Below, one piece after another: positions 37,851 to 50,559 of a stretch of DNA of 64,000 bases. The stretch is taken from the NCBI GenBank assembly GCA_023920165.1, contig CP089278.1, forward strand, positions 124,001 through 188,000, in the 5' to 3' direction. The stretch is from Curvularia clavata. Its lineage: Eukaryota. A model generated the notes under the pieces. That model saw only the letters and a program-made list of their open reading frames with translations. It was not told where the DNA came from and made no database searches. A program made the translations under genes and the position numbers. The first letter of the stretch is position 1, and every line of letters begins with the position of its first letter.

Positions 37851-38688
37851 ATGAACACGATTTCCCCGCCCCCGCAGATAAAACGCCTCTCAGGCCCCAA
37901 ACGCTTCTTGGGCATAGTTATAGGCATCACAGGCGGCTTGGGCGCGAATGCTCTGTTGGCATACAGCGTATCTTCCTTTTACACGCGCAATACGAAATTC
38001 GTGCCCTACGATACCAATTCGCCCGACCTGACAACCAAAATCTTTCGCGACCACAACCCGCTCAACAACCCACCTGCTTGCATAGATCACGCCATAAAGC
38101 AGATTCCATATGGCAAGCTACCAGAGAAATACTGGGTAAAGGGCAGTGGGGGAAGAATATCCGTAGACCAGAAAGCACTCACAACGGACTTCTGTAGGGG
38201 TATTTGGAGCGGCGTTGGATTCCGCGTGCAGAGAAGGCTCATGGAGAGAAAGTACCGCGCACTACCAGGCAGGGAAGACCACCTTTGGGATGTGAAAGAT
38301 TTGGAGAAAAGCCCCTACCAGGTCGGAACAAAGATTGTTGACCACTTCGAGGTCGTTGAACACACGGATGACAAGGTATGTCCATTTGTACTTGTCGACG
38401 GACATTCTGTACGACACATGCTTACTGATGCGCGATCAGGTTATTGTGCGATGCGGTGATTCTCCTCTCGTAAACGACCACCGACCCTCCGATGGTCTTT
38501 TCTCCATGGAGGTTTCCAAGGACGACGAAGCGCAGATGGCTACTTTCCACCTCAAATCGGTTTTCGTAGACACAACACCAGAGGGCAAAGGCACCCAGCC
38601 CCAGCCAGAATTCCTTCAAGCTGCGCATCGCTGGTATGCCAAGCTTTGGATGGAGAGCGCTACACGCAAGTTGATCAAGGAAACATAG
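37851..38688 (+). CDS. Hypothetical protein with N-terminal hydrophobic segment
   Basis: Two ORFs joined in frame by intron 38376-38439 (DDK|VIVRCGDSP). No function recognised. Confidence 0.7.
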
Positions 38689-39029
38689 ATCACTTGCAAG
38701 GTGTTCCTAAAAAATAGAGGCGTTTTCATGGAAGCATGTAGACGATGAGCGGCCCGTCATTCAATAGTGACTGCTGGCAGACCTCATGTGTATAAGCCTT
38801 TACCAGTCTTTGTATATATATCCGCAATGTTGATTTCGTCGATCAGCAAGTAAACCAACTTTCCACTCAACACAGGTCCCAATGGCATTGCTCAAGGATC
38901 CAACTCATTTTTTTTTTCGATACAAGATGATTTCTAAGTAGTTCGAGGCTCGAGTCAAGATGGGATATCGATATGGACGCGATGTGGTACTAGATGACGG
39001 AAAAAGGTTGTCAAATAGCGCTGCTACTA

Positions 39030-40574
39030 CTAGCTCCTGAACAGCATCAGACCTGTCTCCTCTGCGTCTACACCATCTTCCTCTTCACTCTCAACTTCGT
39101 CATGCTCCCCGAGTCCAAGTCTCTGTCCGAACAAACTACTAAACAGCTCATCCCGCTGTCTATCGCCCCACTCGCCCCTGTCCTCCGGAGCCATGAAATT
39201 CTGTAGCTTCTCTTGCACAGTGTATCGGAGCTTTCGTCCTTTGCTCGCCTTTGTGTCGACTACCTTCTTTGTCTTGGCCTCACGGGCAACTTGCCATGGT
39301 GCTTGCACAACGAACTCGGCAGTTCCGTTCGCATTGAGGTCTGCAGATCGCTGCTCGAGGAGCTCCTTGAGCATCAAGCCATAGAAATCAGCATCGTCGT
39401 AGATGGCAGGATCAGGCTGGGCTGCTTTGTTGGACGACTGCAGGGGTGCACATGAGCGAGGTGTCTGTGTACGAGTGATGAGATGCGACGAAGTGAGTTG
39501 CGAGTCGAGGACTTCGGTAAGCGTTTGTTGTGCAGAGGCGTTGAGGCGTGCTTTGTTGTTGGTCACGGTTGTGGCTTTTGTCTTGTTGGACCACCGTTCA
39601 AGAATGGCCTTGCGGTGTGGCAAAGTGCTCTTCTCAGTATCCTGAATGTTGGACCAGATCTCGGACGATGGGGTTGTAGAATCGAAGTTGGCTCGCTTCC
39701 TTTTCTGGCCTGTTCGTGACTCTTCTAGCGACAGCCGAAGATTGGTAAGATTGTTCAGCAATGTCAGGGCCGCAGCCTCCGCAGCTTCAACGGGTGCATC
39801 TTGAGCGGCTTCATTCTTGTACGGCTCCGCAGCCATGGAGTTGGTGCCAATCAAAGCCTTCTGTAATCGAATACGCGAATTGAGCAACGTGTCGAAAGTC
39901 TTACGTTGAGTCTTGACGGCCTCTCCCTTGGCAACGTCGGATTGAGTGCCAGCAGCGATTGTCGACGTAAACGACTTGCTCGCAGCCATAAGATCGCGCA
40001 CGGCAGAAGCATCGAGCTTTTTGTCCTTGCCAGACATATCTTCATCTGACGCCTCAGAATCATCGTTGTCATCATCCCCCTCCTCATCGTCGTCGTCCTC
40101 GCTTACTCCCTCAGCAGCGCTGTCCATTTCTTCATCTCCGTCCGTCATGTCCTCGTCAAAACCGCCGTCAGAGTCACTTCCTTCACTATCCTGTTCGCCA
40201 TCAAGCTCGATACCGTTAAGGCCATCACCCTCTTCATCCTCGCTATCCTCATCGTCGTCATCGAAGCCTCTAGCAAACGGATCGTCGCTGTCACTGTCCT
40301 CAAGCGCTTTGCGGTCTATTTTGCGCCCAGCGTACTCCGGGCCGAGTGGCACTTCTACTGGCTTTCGCAGTTTGCTCTTTCCTACAGCTGTGTAATGTTC
40401 CCGCCCGGCGTTGTCGTCTTCGCTGGCTGAGATTTCGCTGTCGGAACGCTCATCTTCGCTGGAGCTGGGCGCAGGGTCAAGCAGGGACTCTGGGTCGAAA
40501 TCTGATACCTTGGTTAACATTTGTCTGTCGCATAGCCATTGCGAATCCGTACCTCTGATCTTGGACTTCTTCAT
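39030..40574 (-). CDS. BFR2: Bfr2/AATF (Traub domain) ribosome biogenesis protein
   Basis: DFDPE, GREHY.AVGKSKLR, acidic tract, RIRLQKAL, IYDDADFY..LKEL, VDTKASKGRKLRYTVQEKLQNFMAP, ELFSSLFG. The exact start codon is uncertain. Confidence 0.93.
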   Translation of the reverse strand: MKKSKIRGTDSQWLCDRQMLTKVSDFDPESLLDPAPSSSEDERSDSEISASEDDNAGREHYTAVGKSKLRKPVEVPLGPEYAGRKIDRKALEDSDSDDPFARGFDDDDEDSEDEEGDGLNGIELDGEQDSEGSDSDGGFDEDMTDGDEEMDSAAEGVSEDDDDEEGDDDNDDSEASDEDMSGKDKKLDASAVRDLMAASKSFTSTIAAGTQSDVAKGEAVKTQRKTFDTLLNSRIRLQKALIGTNSMAAEPYKNEAAQDAPVEAAEAAALTLLNNLTNLRLSLEESRTGQKRKRANFDSTTPSSEIWSNIQDTEKSTLPHRKAILERWSNKTKATTVTNNKARLNASAQQTLTEVLDSQLTSSHLITRTQTPRSCAPLQSSNKAAQPDPAIYDDADFYGLMLKELLEQRSADLNANGTAEFVVQAPWQVAREAKTKKVVDTKASKGRKLRYTVQEKLQNFMAPEDRGEWGDRQRDELFSSLFGQRLGLGEHDEVESEEEDGVDAEETGLMLFRS

Positions 40575-40733
40575 GGTGTATGCGTTGCGTTGTGTCGTCC
40601 TGGGTCGCATGCGCAGACGAAGAGAAAGTTCACTTTGAGCCCCACAAAAAAGTCCAAGATGTCGGCATTTTATTTCCCCGACTCGCGTCACCTCCGTGGT
40701 CAACTCCGCAAGTCCATTTCCATCTCTCAAGTC

Positions 40734-41788
40734 ATGCTGAAGCCACGACTCTTCTCAACATTGCGGCGTTTGCAGCATGAAAATCCTCTCGTATGTTTAT
40801 CTATGAGACGGGGCACCGCAGTCGTTGATGTCTTCCGCAGGGCCTTCCTCGCTCCGGCGCGCCACCACAAATGCCTCGGATGCAGCGAGGACTGCCGCAG
40901 AAGAGGAAGATCAAAGATGTAAACAAAGTCATTGCCGTTTCATCAGCAAAAGGCGGAGTTGGAAAGAGCACCATTGCCGGTATGCCTGGCCAACATGAGT
41001 GCTTGAGAAACAACAAGACGCTGAAACAACATGTTAGTGAATCTGGCCTTGAGCTTCGCACGCCGTGGCTACAGAGCTGGTATTCTTGACACTGATATAT
41101 TTGGTCCCTCTGTACCAACGTTGCTTAATTTATCTGGCGAACCTCGACTATCTACCAGTCAGTCTACTATGCGTCCCGACGCACGAATATGCCCTGACTT
41201 ATGCATCCAGACAACCAGCTCCTACCACTTTCAAACTATGGCCTCAAATCCATGTCTATGGGTTATCTAGTTCCGGAGTCTTCACCTGTAGCTTGGCGGG
41301 GTCTAATGGTGATGAAAGCACTGCAGCAACTGCTCCATGAAGTAGAATGGGGCGGTCTGGACGTCCTCGTTCTCGACATGCCACCTGGAACCGGGGACGT
41401 GCAGCTGACTATCACTCAGCAACTAATTTTGGATGGCGCTATCATTGTCTCGACGCCTCAGGAGTTGTCGCTTAAAGATGCCGTAAAAGGCGTTGAGCTG
41501 TTTCGAAAAGTCGATGTAAAGTTGCTAGGCCTTGTGTGTAACATGGCGGGATTCAAATGCCCAGGTTGCGGAAACGTGCATGAGGTATTTGGCAGCATGG
41601 ACAACATTAGGGCCGTTTGCAACAAGTACGAACTGAACATGCTGGGCGAGATCCCATTAGATGGCAGTGTTGGCGCGAATGCGGATCGCGGCAAACCGAC
41701 TGTCGTGTCACAGCCTGACGGAGAGCGAGCTATGACTTTTGCAAGGATTACTCAACAACTGGAAGGTTTGATTGGATTGCAAAAATGA
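40734..41788 (+). CDS. IND1: Mitochondrial Fe-S assembly P-loop ATPase (Ind1/NUBPL, Mrp/NBP35 family)
   Basis: Presequence-like N-terminus, [42 protein letters not shown]; three introns. Confidence 0.92.
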
Positions 41789-42741
41789 GTCACGATCTCC
41801 ATACAATCCAGCTTATCGTCGAGTCTGAATAGAGAGAATGAGGCACCAATGTCAAGTTACCAAATGTTTTCACTCTGGGTCATACCATCACGCGAGACAT
41901 AACCACAAATCAACTTCTAGATCTTCGTATATCCTGGTCCCAGCCTACTACAATTCAAGCAGCTAACCAGCCTTCAACAATCAAACTTTGAGGGTAGCTG
42001 CTAAGTTTCACTCATACGTGGCAGCTGAGAAGCAAACTGCAGTGTAACGATACCGAAGAAAAAGCAACAAGCTCTCTCTAATCACGCCATTGACGCCCGA
42101 CATCGGTGGTTGCTTTTGGCCGAAAGATATGTCATCTGCTTGTGATACAAATATGCATCTTTCTTGTCCCTCAGCGAGTTCCAGAGTGTCCGGGATTCTG
42201 TGGTTAGACTTATCTCAAATTAGGTCCATGGAAAAAGACATCAGAGTAACCTCGGCGAATGCTTCAGGCGACCATATAAGATACCCCGCATCAACCCCGC
42301 AACCAAGTTCATGACCAGCAGCTGCTATGATTGGAGTGGAAAAGAATCTAATCCATAAGCTGACCTTCAGTTCTAGTAGAAAAGCCACTAGGACTACGGA
42401 GTGGCTGGGATGGTTCATCGGTGGTCAAGAGCTGCTCAGCTCGCACTATTCGATTGGTACGGCTAAACTATGAATTTGGATGATATGACGTCGACCTATG
42501 TAGAACATTATAAATATGTAGCTGCGCCCGACGATAATGTCCGGTGTAGGATTGTCAAGGCAACTCTTTAAGCTCCTGAGAATTTTCGTCAACGCGGTCG
42601 GTTTGTACTCCACTTCAATAACATCAACAGTGGTTGCAGCAAGTGCTGAGATTGTACATTTATCTTTAAAGACTACTTCTTCTAGAAAATCACTTTTATA
42701 CTTGCCTGCAGGATTTCCTTCATTATCCTAGATATTCGGTC

Positions 42742-44747
42742 ATGGCGCCAGATCTGAATGCTGTAGGAAGTAACGGGCGATGGGACTATTCCACGCCAGG
42801 GTCGAGCGGATATGATATTCCCAACATCGTTTACAACGTGAGCCTTATTATCTTTTTCCTCCGAAATCTAAGTTCTGATAATGTAAATAGGACCCCTCGA
42901 CTCGGAAGATGAGAGTCTTGACTGTCGGGGCTGGTTTGTCTGGTATCCAAATGGCATATCTAATCCAAAAGTCCACGGAAAATGTAGAGCATGTCATCTA
43001 TGAGAAGAATGCAAATCTTGGAGGAACCTGGTACGAGAACCGATATCCAGGTAAGAGTGACAGGAAATTTTGCGTTGCATTCAGCTGAGTGCCTCAAGGA
43101 TGCGCCTGCGATATCCCATCGCATGCATACACACTCAACTGGGCGCTGAACCCTGACTGGCCTCGATTCTTTTCATACGCTCCAGATATCCAAAAGTATC
43201 TGGAAAAGGTATGCGACGTTTTTGATTTGCGCAAGTACATGACTTTCAACACTGAAGTTGTCCGAGCCGAGTGGCAGGATGATGTCGGCAAGTGGAAGGT
43301 CACGTTGCGCCAGAAAACGCCTTCGGGTGACGAGCGAGAATTTCAAGACGAATGTGACCTTATGCTGTATGCTTCGGGACTTCTCAACAACCACAAATGG
43401 CCAGGTATCAAAGGCATCAATAGCTTCAAGGGACGCATTGTGCACACAGCAAAATGGCCGCAGGACTACCAGAGTGAGCAATGGAAGAATGACCGCGTAG
43501 CTGTCATTGGTTCTGGCGCTTCTTCAATCCAAACGGTGCCTACTATGCAGCCACACGTTAAACATTTGGATGTATTTGTCCGTACAGGCGTTTGGTTTGT
43601 GCAGATTGCGAACAACTTCGGTCAGAACAAAGAGTATTCCCAGGAAGAACGCGATGAATTTCGGCACGACCCCCGCAAACTGGTTGCCCATGCGAAGGAT
43701 ATTGAGAACCAAGTCAACGGCCTGTGGGGAGCTTTCTACGCGGGAAGTGAAACGCAAAAGATGATAACAAAGATGTTCGAAGACAGGATGAAAGAGTTTA
43801 TCAAGGACGAACGACTCCTGAAGGGTTTCACTCCAAAGTTCGAAGTTGGCTGTAGGTTGCAACACTGACTCGTTGGAGAATCGATTACTAAATCCATTGC
43901 AGGTCGAAGAATCACACCAGGAGACCCGTATATGGAGGCAATCCAGAAGCCCAATGTGGATGCACACTTCACTGCCGTCGACGAGATCACAGAGAAAGGC
44001 GTGATTGGCGCCGACGGTTTGGAGCGCGAAGTAGACACAATCGTCTGCGCAACTGGCTTCGACGTGACATACCGGCCTCGCTTCCCAGTCATTGGGAAAA
44101 ACGGCGTCAACCTATCTGAAAAGTGGAAAGACGAGCCTGAAGCTTATCTGGGCCTCGCATGTCCTGACATGCCAAATTGGCTCATGTTCATTGGCCCAAC
44201 ATGGCCTGTCGAAAACGGCTCGGTGACCGGGCCTTTGTATTCAGTCGCCGAGTACGCGATCAAGATCATCAAAAAGATGCAGTGCGACCACATCAAGTCG
44301 TGGGTTCCGCGACAAGATATCACAGATAAATTCAACGAGCATGCTCAGGAATGGATCAAGCATACCGTGTGGAAGGACGAGTGTCGCTCATGGTACAAGA
44401 ACAACGATACCGGGCGCGTGAATGCCGTATGGCCAGGCTCTTCAAATCAGTACGCTGAAGTCATTGAAACGCCTCGGTACGAAGACTTTGAGATCGAGTA
44501 TATGCACAAGAACCCGTGGGCGCACCTTGGTATGGGATATGCTGTGTGCAATGCCAAGTTCCCCAACAGCGATATTAGTCCGTATCTGCAGCTGGAGAAT
44601 ATCGATCCCAAGTGGCTCAAGGCGGTGGGGTGTGAAGTGGCTGGGGACGAGGTTCAAAAGGTAAGAGACACCAAGGAAGAGCCGGCCGTGGAAAGAAAAG
44701 GAGCAGATGCAAATTTGGGACAAGGGGATGGGAACACTCTGACATAA
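42742..44747 (+). CDS. Flavin-dependent Baeyer-Villiger-type monooxygenase (StcW/MoxY-like)
   Basis: [39 protein letters not shown] fingerprint, [20 protein letters not shown]. Confidence 0.92.
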
Positions 44748-45471
44748 GCAAAAGTTACACTCGCATTGCCGTGATATTAGAAACGTGCAAGGTATTGGTC
44801 GGAAGGAGAAACTCTTTGCGAAGCTTTGAAGTGGTCGTGAGTAGGTTATTCGGGAGCAGGTTACTTTCTTCAAATTATCGTGCCTATAAATTCACCAGTC
44901 TTGCTGTTAGCTAATCGGTATGAAGCGGAATATACTCGTTGACACTATACCTCGAGTAACCCAGAGATGTGTGGATATCCATTTTCGTCTCTAATGCTGT
45001 AGAACCACACCACTGTGACAACTTGCCGCTAGAGCATCCGAGTACCATACTCATTGTACATTGTACTTAGCTTCTTACCCATGATAAAGCCGACGGGATA
45101 GCACGTAACCATCGACTAAACCTTACTCCAGACTTGTTGTTCATCTCATTGGCAGGGAATCATCAGGCAAAACAAACGTGAGGAAAACTAAAAAAAAAAA
45201 ACTTTGGCCAGGCACAAGCATGTATCGGTACGGATGAACGCACCGCCACAAAGCGGGGGATGGGAGTGGGTGGGGAGATGTATGCATTAGTCTCTCCCGA
45301 ACCCCGCATCCTCTCTATCCAATAACAATCAGATACCTTATCCATACCTGCATTGATGTGCATGTACGTACCGCAGCTGTACAAGCTCGGACTCTCCTTT
45401 GTCCTTATCGCCGACCTCATGCTGAGTCCCTCCCAAACGCCCGTCAATACAACCAAAGAGTAGTACCAGCC

Positions 45472-46779
45472 ATGTCGGAAAAGCGCCTTCTCGACGCTAC
45501 ACCCAAAGCAGGCGTCATACCGCGCATCATTATCCACGGAGGTGCAGGCAACATTACGCGCACATCTGTTCCGCGAGACCTTTATGAAAAGTACCGTGCC
45601 TCTCTCCTCCGCATTGTCGACCTTGCGGCCAAGCAGCTCGCGGAACCGGGAGCCACGGCCTTGGACGTGGCAACGTACGCTGTCAGTCTCTTGGAAGACG
45701 ACGCCTTGTACAATTCAGCCCATGGAGCCGTGTTTACACGTGAGGGTAAGAATGAGCTAGAATGCAGCATCATGGTGTCAAATGGGTATAAGAAACGTGG
45801 TGTGGGGTGTATGCTGCTGCGACATGTCAAGAACCCTATTAAGCTCGCCCGAGAGCTTCTCGTCAGGGGTCAAGAAGTAGACGGGGGAGGTGCAGGTGGT
45901 CATTGCCAGTATAGCGGGGAATTTGCTGAGAACCTCGCACAGAAATGGGGCTTGGAATTGGTGGACCCGGCCTATTTCTTTACCGAGAGAAGGTGGAAGG
46001 AGCACTTGCACGGGCTTGAGAAGGAGAACAAACTGGACGGCGCGGGCGCACAAGCAGATCAAACAAGTGATTTCGAGAAGAACAATTATATTCCGCTTGG
46101 TACTTGCGGTGCTGTTGTCGTGGACAGCTATGGAACCGTGTGTACTGCCACGTCTACAGGGGGTTTGACAAACAAGGTAGCGGGGCGTATTGGTGATACG
46201 CCAACTATTGGGGCTGGGTTCTGGGCCGAAGAATGGTACGAAGAAGAGGCTTCAGCTGCCCAAATGGTGTGTCAACCTGTTTCAACACTGATTGACCGGC
46301 TGTCGAGAGGTGATCTGTACGGTGTGCTGGGGGGTTGTCTGCCAGTGTTGAGCTCCCCTTCTTCCAGACCCATCACAACTCCGTTAAACCAGGCACACGG
46401 AGATTCTTCTCGCCAAGCTCGCCACGCCGTCGGTCTCTCTGGAACTGGCAATGGTGACTCCTTCCTCCGTACATCTGCCGCTCGTACAACGGCTGCCAAA
46501 TCTCGCTTTTCTTCACAATCCCTTCGCGATGCAACCACGTGGATGGCTGGACGTGGCGGGGAACTTCAAAAAAGTGCCGGCGACCGATGGGACGGAGTCC
46601 ACGAGGGTGTCGGCGGAATCATAGGTATTGAGGTTATTGGGAACAGAGCGGAAGTTGTACAGGATTACAACGGCGGAGGAATGTTCCGCGCCTGGACAGA
46701 AGAGAACGGACATCGAAAGTGTTCCATTTTCAGACATGACAACTGGGAAAGTGGGCCATTGGATTGGCGAGATGTCTAA
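45472..46779 (+). CDS. Isoaspartyl peptidase / L-asparaginase (Ntn hydrolase)
   Basis: IIIHGGAG, VKNPIKLAR, GTCGAV (Thr nucleophile), ATSTGG, GRIGDTP, SGTGNGD. Confidence 0.92.
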   Translation: MSEKRLLDATPKAGVIPRIIIHGGAGNITRTSVPRDLYEKYRASLLRIVDLAAKQLAEPGATALDVATYAVSLLEDDALYNSAHGAVFTREGKNELECSIMVSNGYKKRGVGCMLLRHVKNPIKLARELLVRGQEVDGGGAGGHCQYSGEFAENLAQKWGLELVDPAYFFTERRWKEHLHGLEKENKLDGAGAQADQTSDFEKNNYIPLGTCGAVVVDSYGTVCTATSTGGLTNKVAGRIGDTPTIGAGFWAEEWYEEEASAAQMVCQPVSTLIDRLSRGDLYGVLGGCLPVLSSPSSRPITTPLNQAHGDSSRQARHAVGLSGTGNGDSFLRTSAARTTAAKSRFSSQSLRDATTWMAGRGGELQKSAGDRWDGVHEGVGGIIGIEVIGNRAEVVQDYNGGGMFRAWTEENGHRKCSIFRHDNWESGPLDWRDV

Positions 46780-46864
46780 AGGTAGCCTCATATTGTTCTA
46801 ACACAAAAGAAGGTGAAGAAAAGGTCTGCTTTTGTTACAGGATGGTAGCACAAACAAGACAGTA

Positions 46865-47951
46865 TTATACCGGATCCATTGAGTGTGCCTTTGTACGTGT
46901 TGTGAGGTTGATCGACTCGGACGGAGCTTCGCGGGAGTCTTTCCCAGAGTTTGTCACAGTGTATCCTATTGACTTCAACTTGAAGCCGTATCCGAGATAT
47001 CTGGAGAAATGGGGAAAGGTGGGGAAAGCGCCACAAAGGAGTAGTGCAGAGATCTCAATGATGGCACAGATCGCGACTATTGCAAGCCAATATGTGTGGT
47101 CGTCGCTGGCGAGGTGCTTGAGTGTATAGTGGAGTCGGAATGCACTACCGATACATGCACTAAGGCAAGGATTAGCTTCATTACTTTGCTTGATTCTGTA
47201 CATTGACTTACAGAGCCGCGGACCCAAAGATTCCACAAACGGCAATCTTTTTCCTCAGGTTCATTTGCAGGCGCGACACAGAGTAGATGGGAAGGAGCAG
47301 CAGCGCAATGTCGGTGACTAGGTTCATGATACCGCTCATGAAACTAGGCTCGGCCACTGTATTGTGGCAAGTTCCCGGAATGAAAGGATCCCATTTCTTT
47401 CTAATGGGGTTGCAAGGGAAGATCCAAGTAACGAGGCTGGCGGTATAGACGCAAGTGAAGGACACGATGCAGGCCCAACAGGACCAGAACATGAAATCGC
47501 GCGATCTGCTGTCGAAGGTGGCTTTGATCTGGAGAATTACGCCGATTTTTGCGAGATACATGGCAATGCAGTAGACGATCTCGACGGCATAAGCGCGGCG
47601 CAGAGCTCGCATGACCTCGCCGACGGTGACGTTCCACTGATGCTTGCCGAAGCCCAGGCTGATGCTCTCCAAGGTGATGGCGACGAAACCAAAATAGGTG
47701 ACTGTTGCAAGGATCATGACTACATCTTCGACGGCAAACATTTTGGTGATGTATGCTCTTGTGAAGATGCGGATCATCATAGCGACAGCAGTGATTGACA
47801 AGCAAGTCAGGATGATTGGCAGCCCCCAGGGCCAGATGGACGTGGCATTGGGATCGAGCGGCACTTCCCCAGATGGTGGCAGAAGAGCTGGACAAGCATC
47901 GTCAGGTCTTTGGACACCGAGACATTTGATCAGCATCTCTAGCAGTTCCAT
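46865..47951 (-). CDS. PTH11-like (fungal rhodopsin-domain) membrane protein
   Basis: RIFTR, GFGKHQW, LAKIGVILQ, CNPIRKKWD, NLVTDIALLLLP, LQMNLRKK; one intron near 47210-47160. Confidence 0.88.
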
Positions 47952-49037
47952 GGCGGCGACAAAAAGGCAGCAGTCCTGCAAGGTAGAGGCAATGAATGTC
48001 GGAGAAAGGTGATGTCGGAGTCGGAGCATCCAAGCACGGCAAGACAAACAAGTCATATAGGGTAGACATGGAGCAACCAGACTAGCCGTAGCCAAAGTCA
48101 ATTCACGGCACTATTCTAGTCGCTAGATGCCGTGCCACACTAGTGCGACAATGGACATGGTTAGTGTTGAGGATGTGCAGGGCAAGTCGATGGCACTAGC
48201 AGCGTGTGGCGTGCGGGTTGGGCTGCAAGGGACCACTCGGAGTATTTACATCGTGAGGAGGCGTCAAGCCCCTGGGTAGTGAGATAGACATATCCACGTC
48301 GGAGCATTATCCTAAGGGTGTGGCTTTTGTCAGATTCGTGGCTGCTGGCATCACACGGCTTCTTCTTATGCTTGGCGTACGGTAGTTGACGCGCCTCAGG
48401 TGACTTTTTTTTCGCCGATGGTGGACTGCAGCGTCCTTGGTGCAATGGGAAGTTGGCTGGTAAACAGTGGGCCTGGGCTTTCTAGTGCTGGCTGAAGGTG
48501 TGGAGGAGAAGGCAAAGCGACTCGTGCGGTGGAGGATCAGCAGCAGCGACGCTTCACGCTTGCAACGCGATGCTACCGGATCCCGATTGCCCGTAGTCGA
48601 TCATCGGATGGCGTAGCGGTGATGCAGGACAGGGGTGCCACGCGATGGGACGGCAATTGGAGATTGGAGAGGTCGGTTTGAAGCGGCCGCGAAACCTGCG
48701 GCCCAGGGTTGCTTTTTTAGGCTGCATGTTAATTTCCTAATGCGTGCGGGGAGCATCGAGACACGGGTGCCGAAAGCGATTGAGAGCAAGAGCAAGAGCA
48801 AGGTGAGGATGAATGGACACGATGCGACGTGTGAAGAGAAGGAGAGAGAAGGACGAAGAGGCGCGGTTGGACCGGACGACTCAGCCACACTATGACATGG
48901 TCCCCCGCGCCTGCCATTCCTCCTAGTACCAACAGGCAGCTGCCCGTCCACAGGCGCCCTCTTCTCTTCACTGCACGCACAGCTCGACCTCGGACACCAG
49001 AACTCGCGCCTCTCTGCAGAGCACCCTAACCGCCATC

Positions 49038-50559
49038 ATGGGTTTCAGTCTCAACAATCCGCTGCCATCGTCCATGAGCAGTAAGTCGTCCACCCGCCAC
49101 ACTTTGGGCTACAGGGCTGCCTAGCCGGTGACGTCGCTGACACAAACTCGCGCCGCTCCACAGGCGAATGTCGCAAGACAGGAAAGATTCTGGCCTCCTT
49201 TGTCGACCCACGACAGGCGTTTGGCCCAGACAAGATCATTCCCCCAAGTGTCCTCGCAAATGCAAAGGTAAATAGCTCTCCCAGTGCCTATCCGCCCGCT
49301 TCCTAGACGCCGCTCGCGCGTGCGCCCCATCTATGCTACAACACGCTACCGCACACATGCAACACCATAGACTGACTGGAACCACTCTTTAGGGCCTTGC
49401 CATCCTCACCGTCTTCAAGGCCGGCTTCCTCGGCACAGCGCGATTTGGTTCGGGCGTCGTCGTTGCGCGCCTCGCTGACGGATCGTGGTCAGCTCCTACG
49501 GCCATTGGCACCATCGGAGGTGGATTCGGCGGACAGATCGGCTTCGAGCTTACAGACTTCGTCTTCATCCTCAACGACGCTGCCGCCGTGCGAACATTTG
49601 CTCAGGCGGGCTCGCTGACACTGGGAGGAAATGTCTCCATTGCCGCGGGACCAGTGGGTCGCAATGCCGAAGCTGCCGGCGCAGCCAGTCTGAAAAGCGT
49701 GGCTGGCATCTTCAGCTACAGCAAAACAAAGGGCCTGTTTGCTGGTGTCAGTCTTGAGGGAAGTGGTATTATTGAACGGCGAGACGCCAACGAGAAACTA
49801 TACGGTCGCCGATGGACAGCTCGTGAGATCTTGAGCGGCCAGGTTCCCCCGCCTCCAGCCGCCGATCCCCTCTTGCGCGTCCTCAACTCGAGAGTATTCT
49901 CAGGTGTAGGAGGAGCTCAGAATGTTACCAACGATTCTATGTACAACGATATCCCCGTCTATGATGATGCGCACGACAACGTGGTATGGCAGGGTCGCCG
50001 CGGCTCTGCCATGGGTGAAGGCGTACGACGAGACCGTACTGGGTCAATGGGCCAACACGACGACTATGAGTACAGAGACCGTCCCCAGCATTCTTCCACG
50101 TGGGCAGATGACGTCTACGACCGGCAACCATCGTCAGCACCCGGTGGTCTTAATCGCTCCTTTTCCACACGCGCCAACCCCACCGAAACGTTCGATCGTA
50201 TTGACTCACGGCACCGCGCCTCAACTTTCGGTGACGAATATGCGTACAGTGATCGTAAGCCTGGAAGACCTTCAGCGCCCAAGCCCGTCTTTGGTCAAAC
50301 AACTGGACAGAAGAAGGCGAGCCTGCAGTCGAACCAAGCCATAGCCAAGTTCACTTTTGACGCTGACCAACCGGGAGATTTGGGCTTCAAGAAAGGCGAA
50401 ATTATTACCATTATAAAACGCACCGACAACGACACCGATTGGTGGACAGGTCGAATAGGAAATAGGGAAGGTATTTTCCCAAGGTACGTCTTCACATCGC
50501 CGGCCTGGCCGTCCTTCTTTCCACTGACCTTTGCTAGCAACTACGTTGAAACCGTTTAG
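49038..50559 (+). CDS. YSC84: Ysc84/Lsb3 actin-binding SYLF + SH3 protein
   Basis: NNPLPSSM, GLAILTVFKAGFLG, GGQIGFELTDFVFILN, YSKTKGLFAGVSLEG, SH3 (WWTG...GIFPSNYV after intron 50484-50537). Confidence 0.93.

Noticed and set aside
39946..40395. Ser-rich 149 aa plus-strand ORF
   Set aside because: Antisense shadow of the Asp/Glu tract of BFR2.
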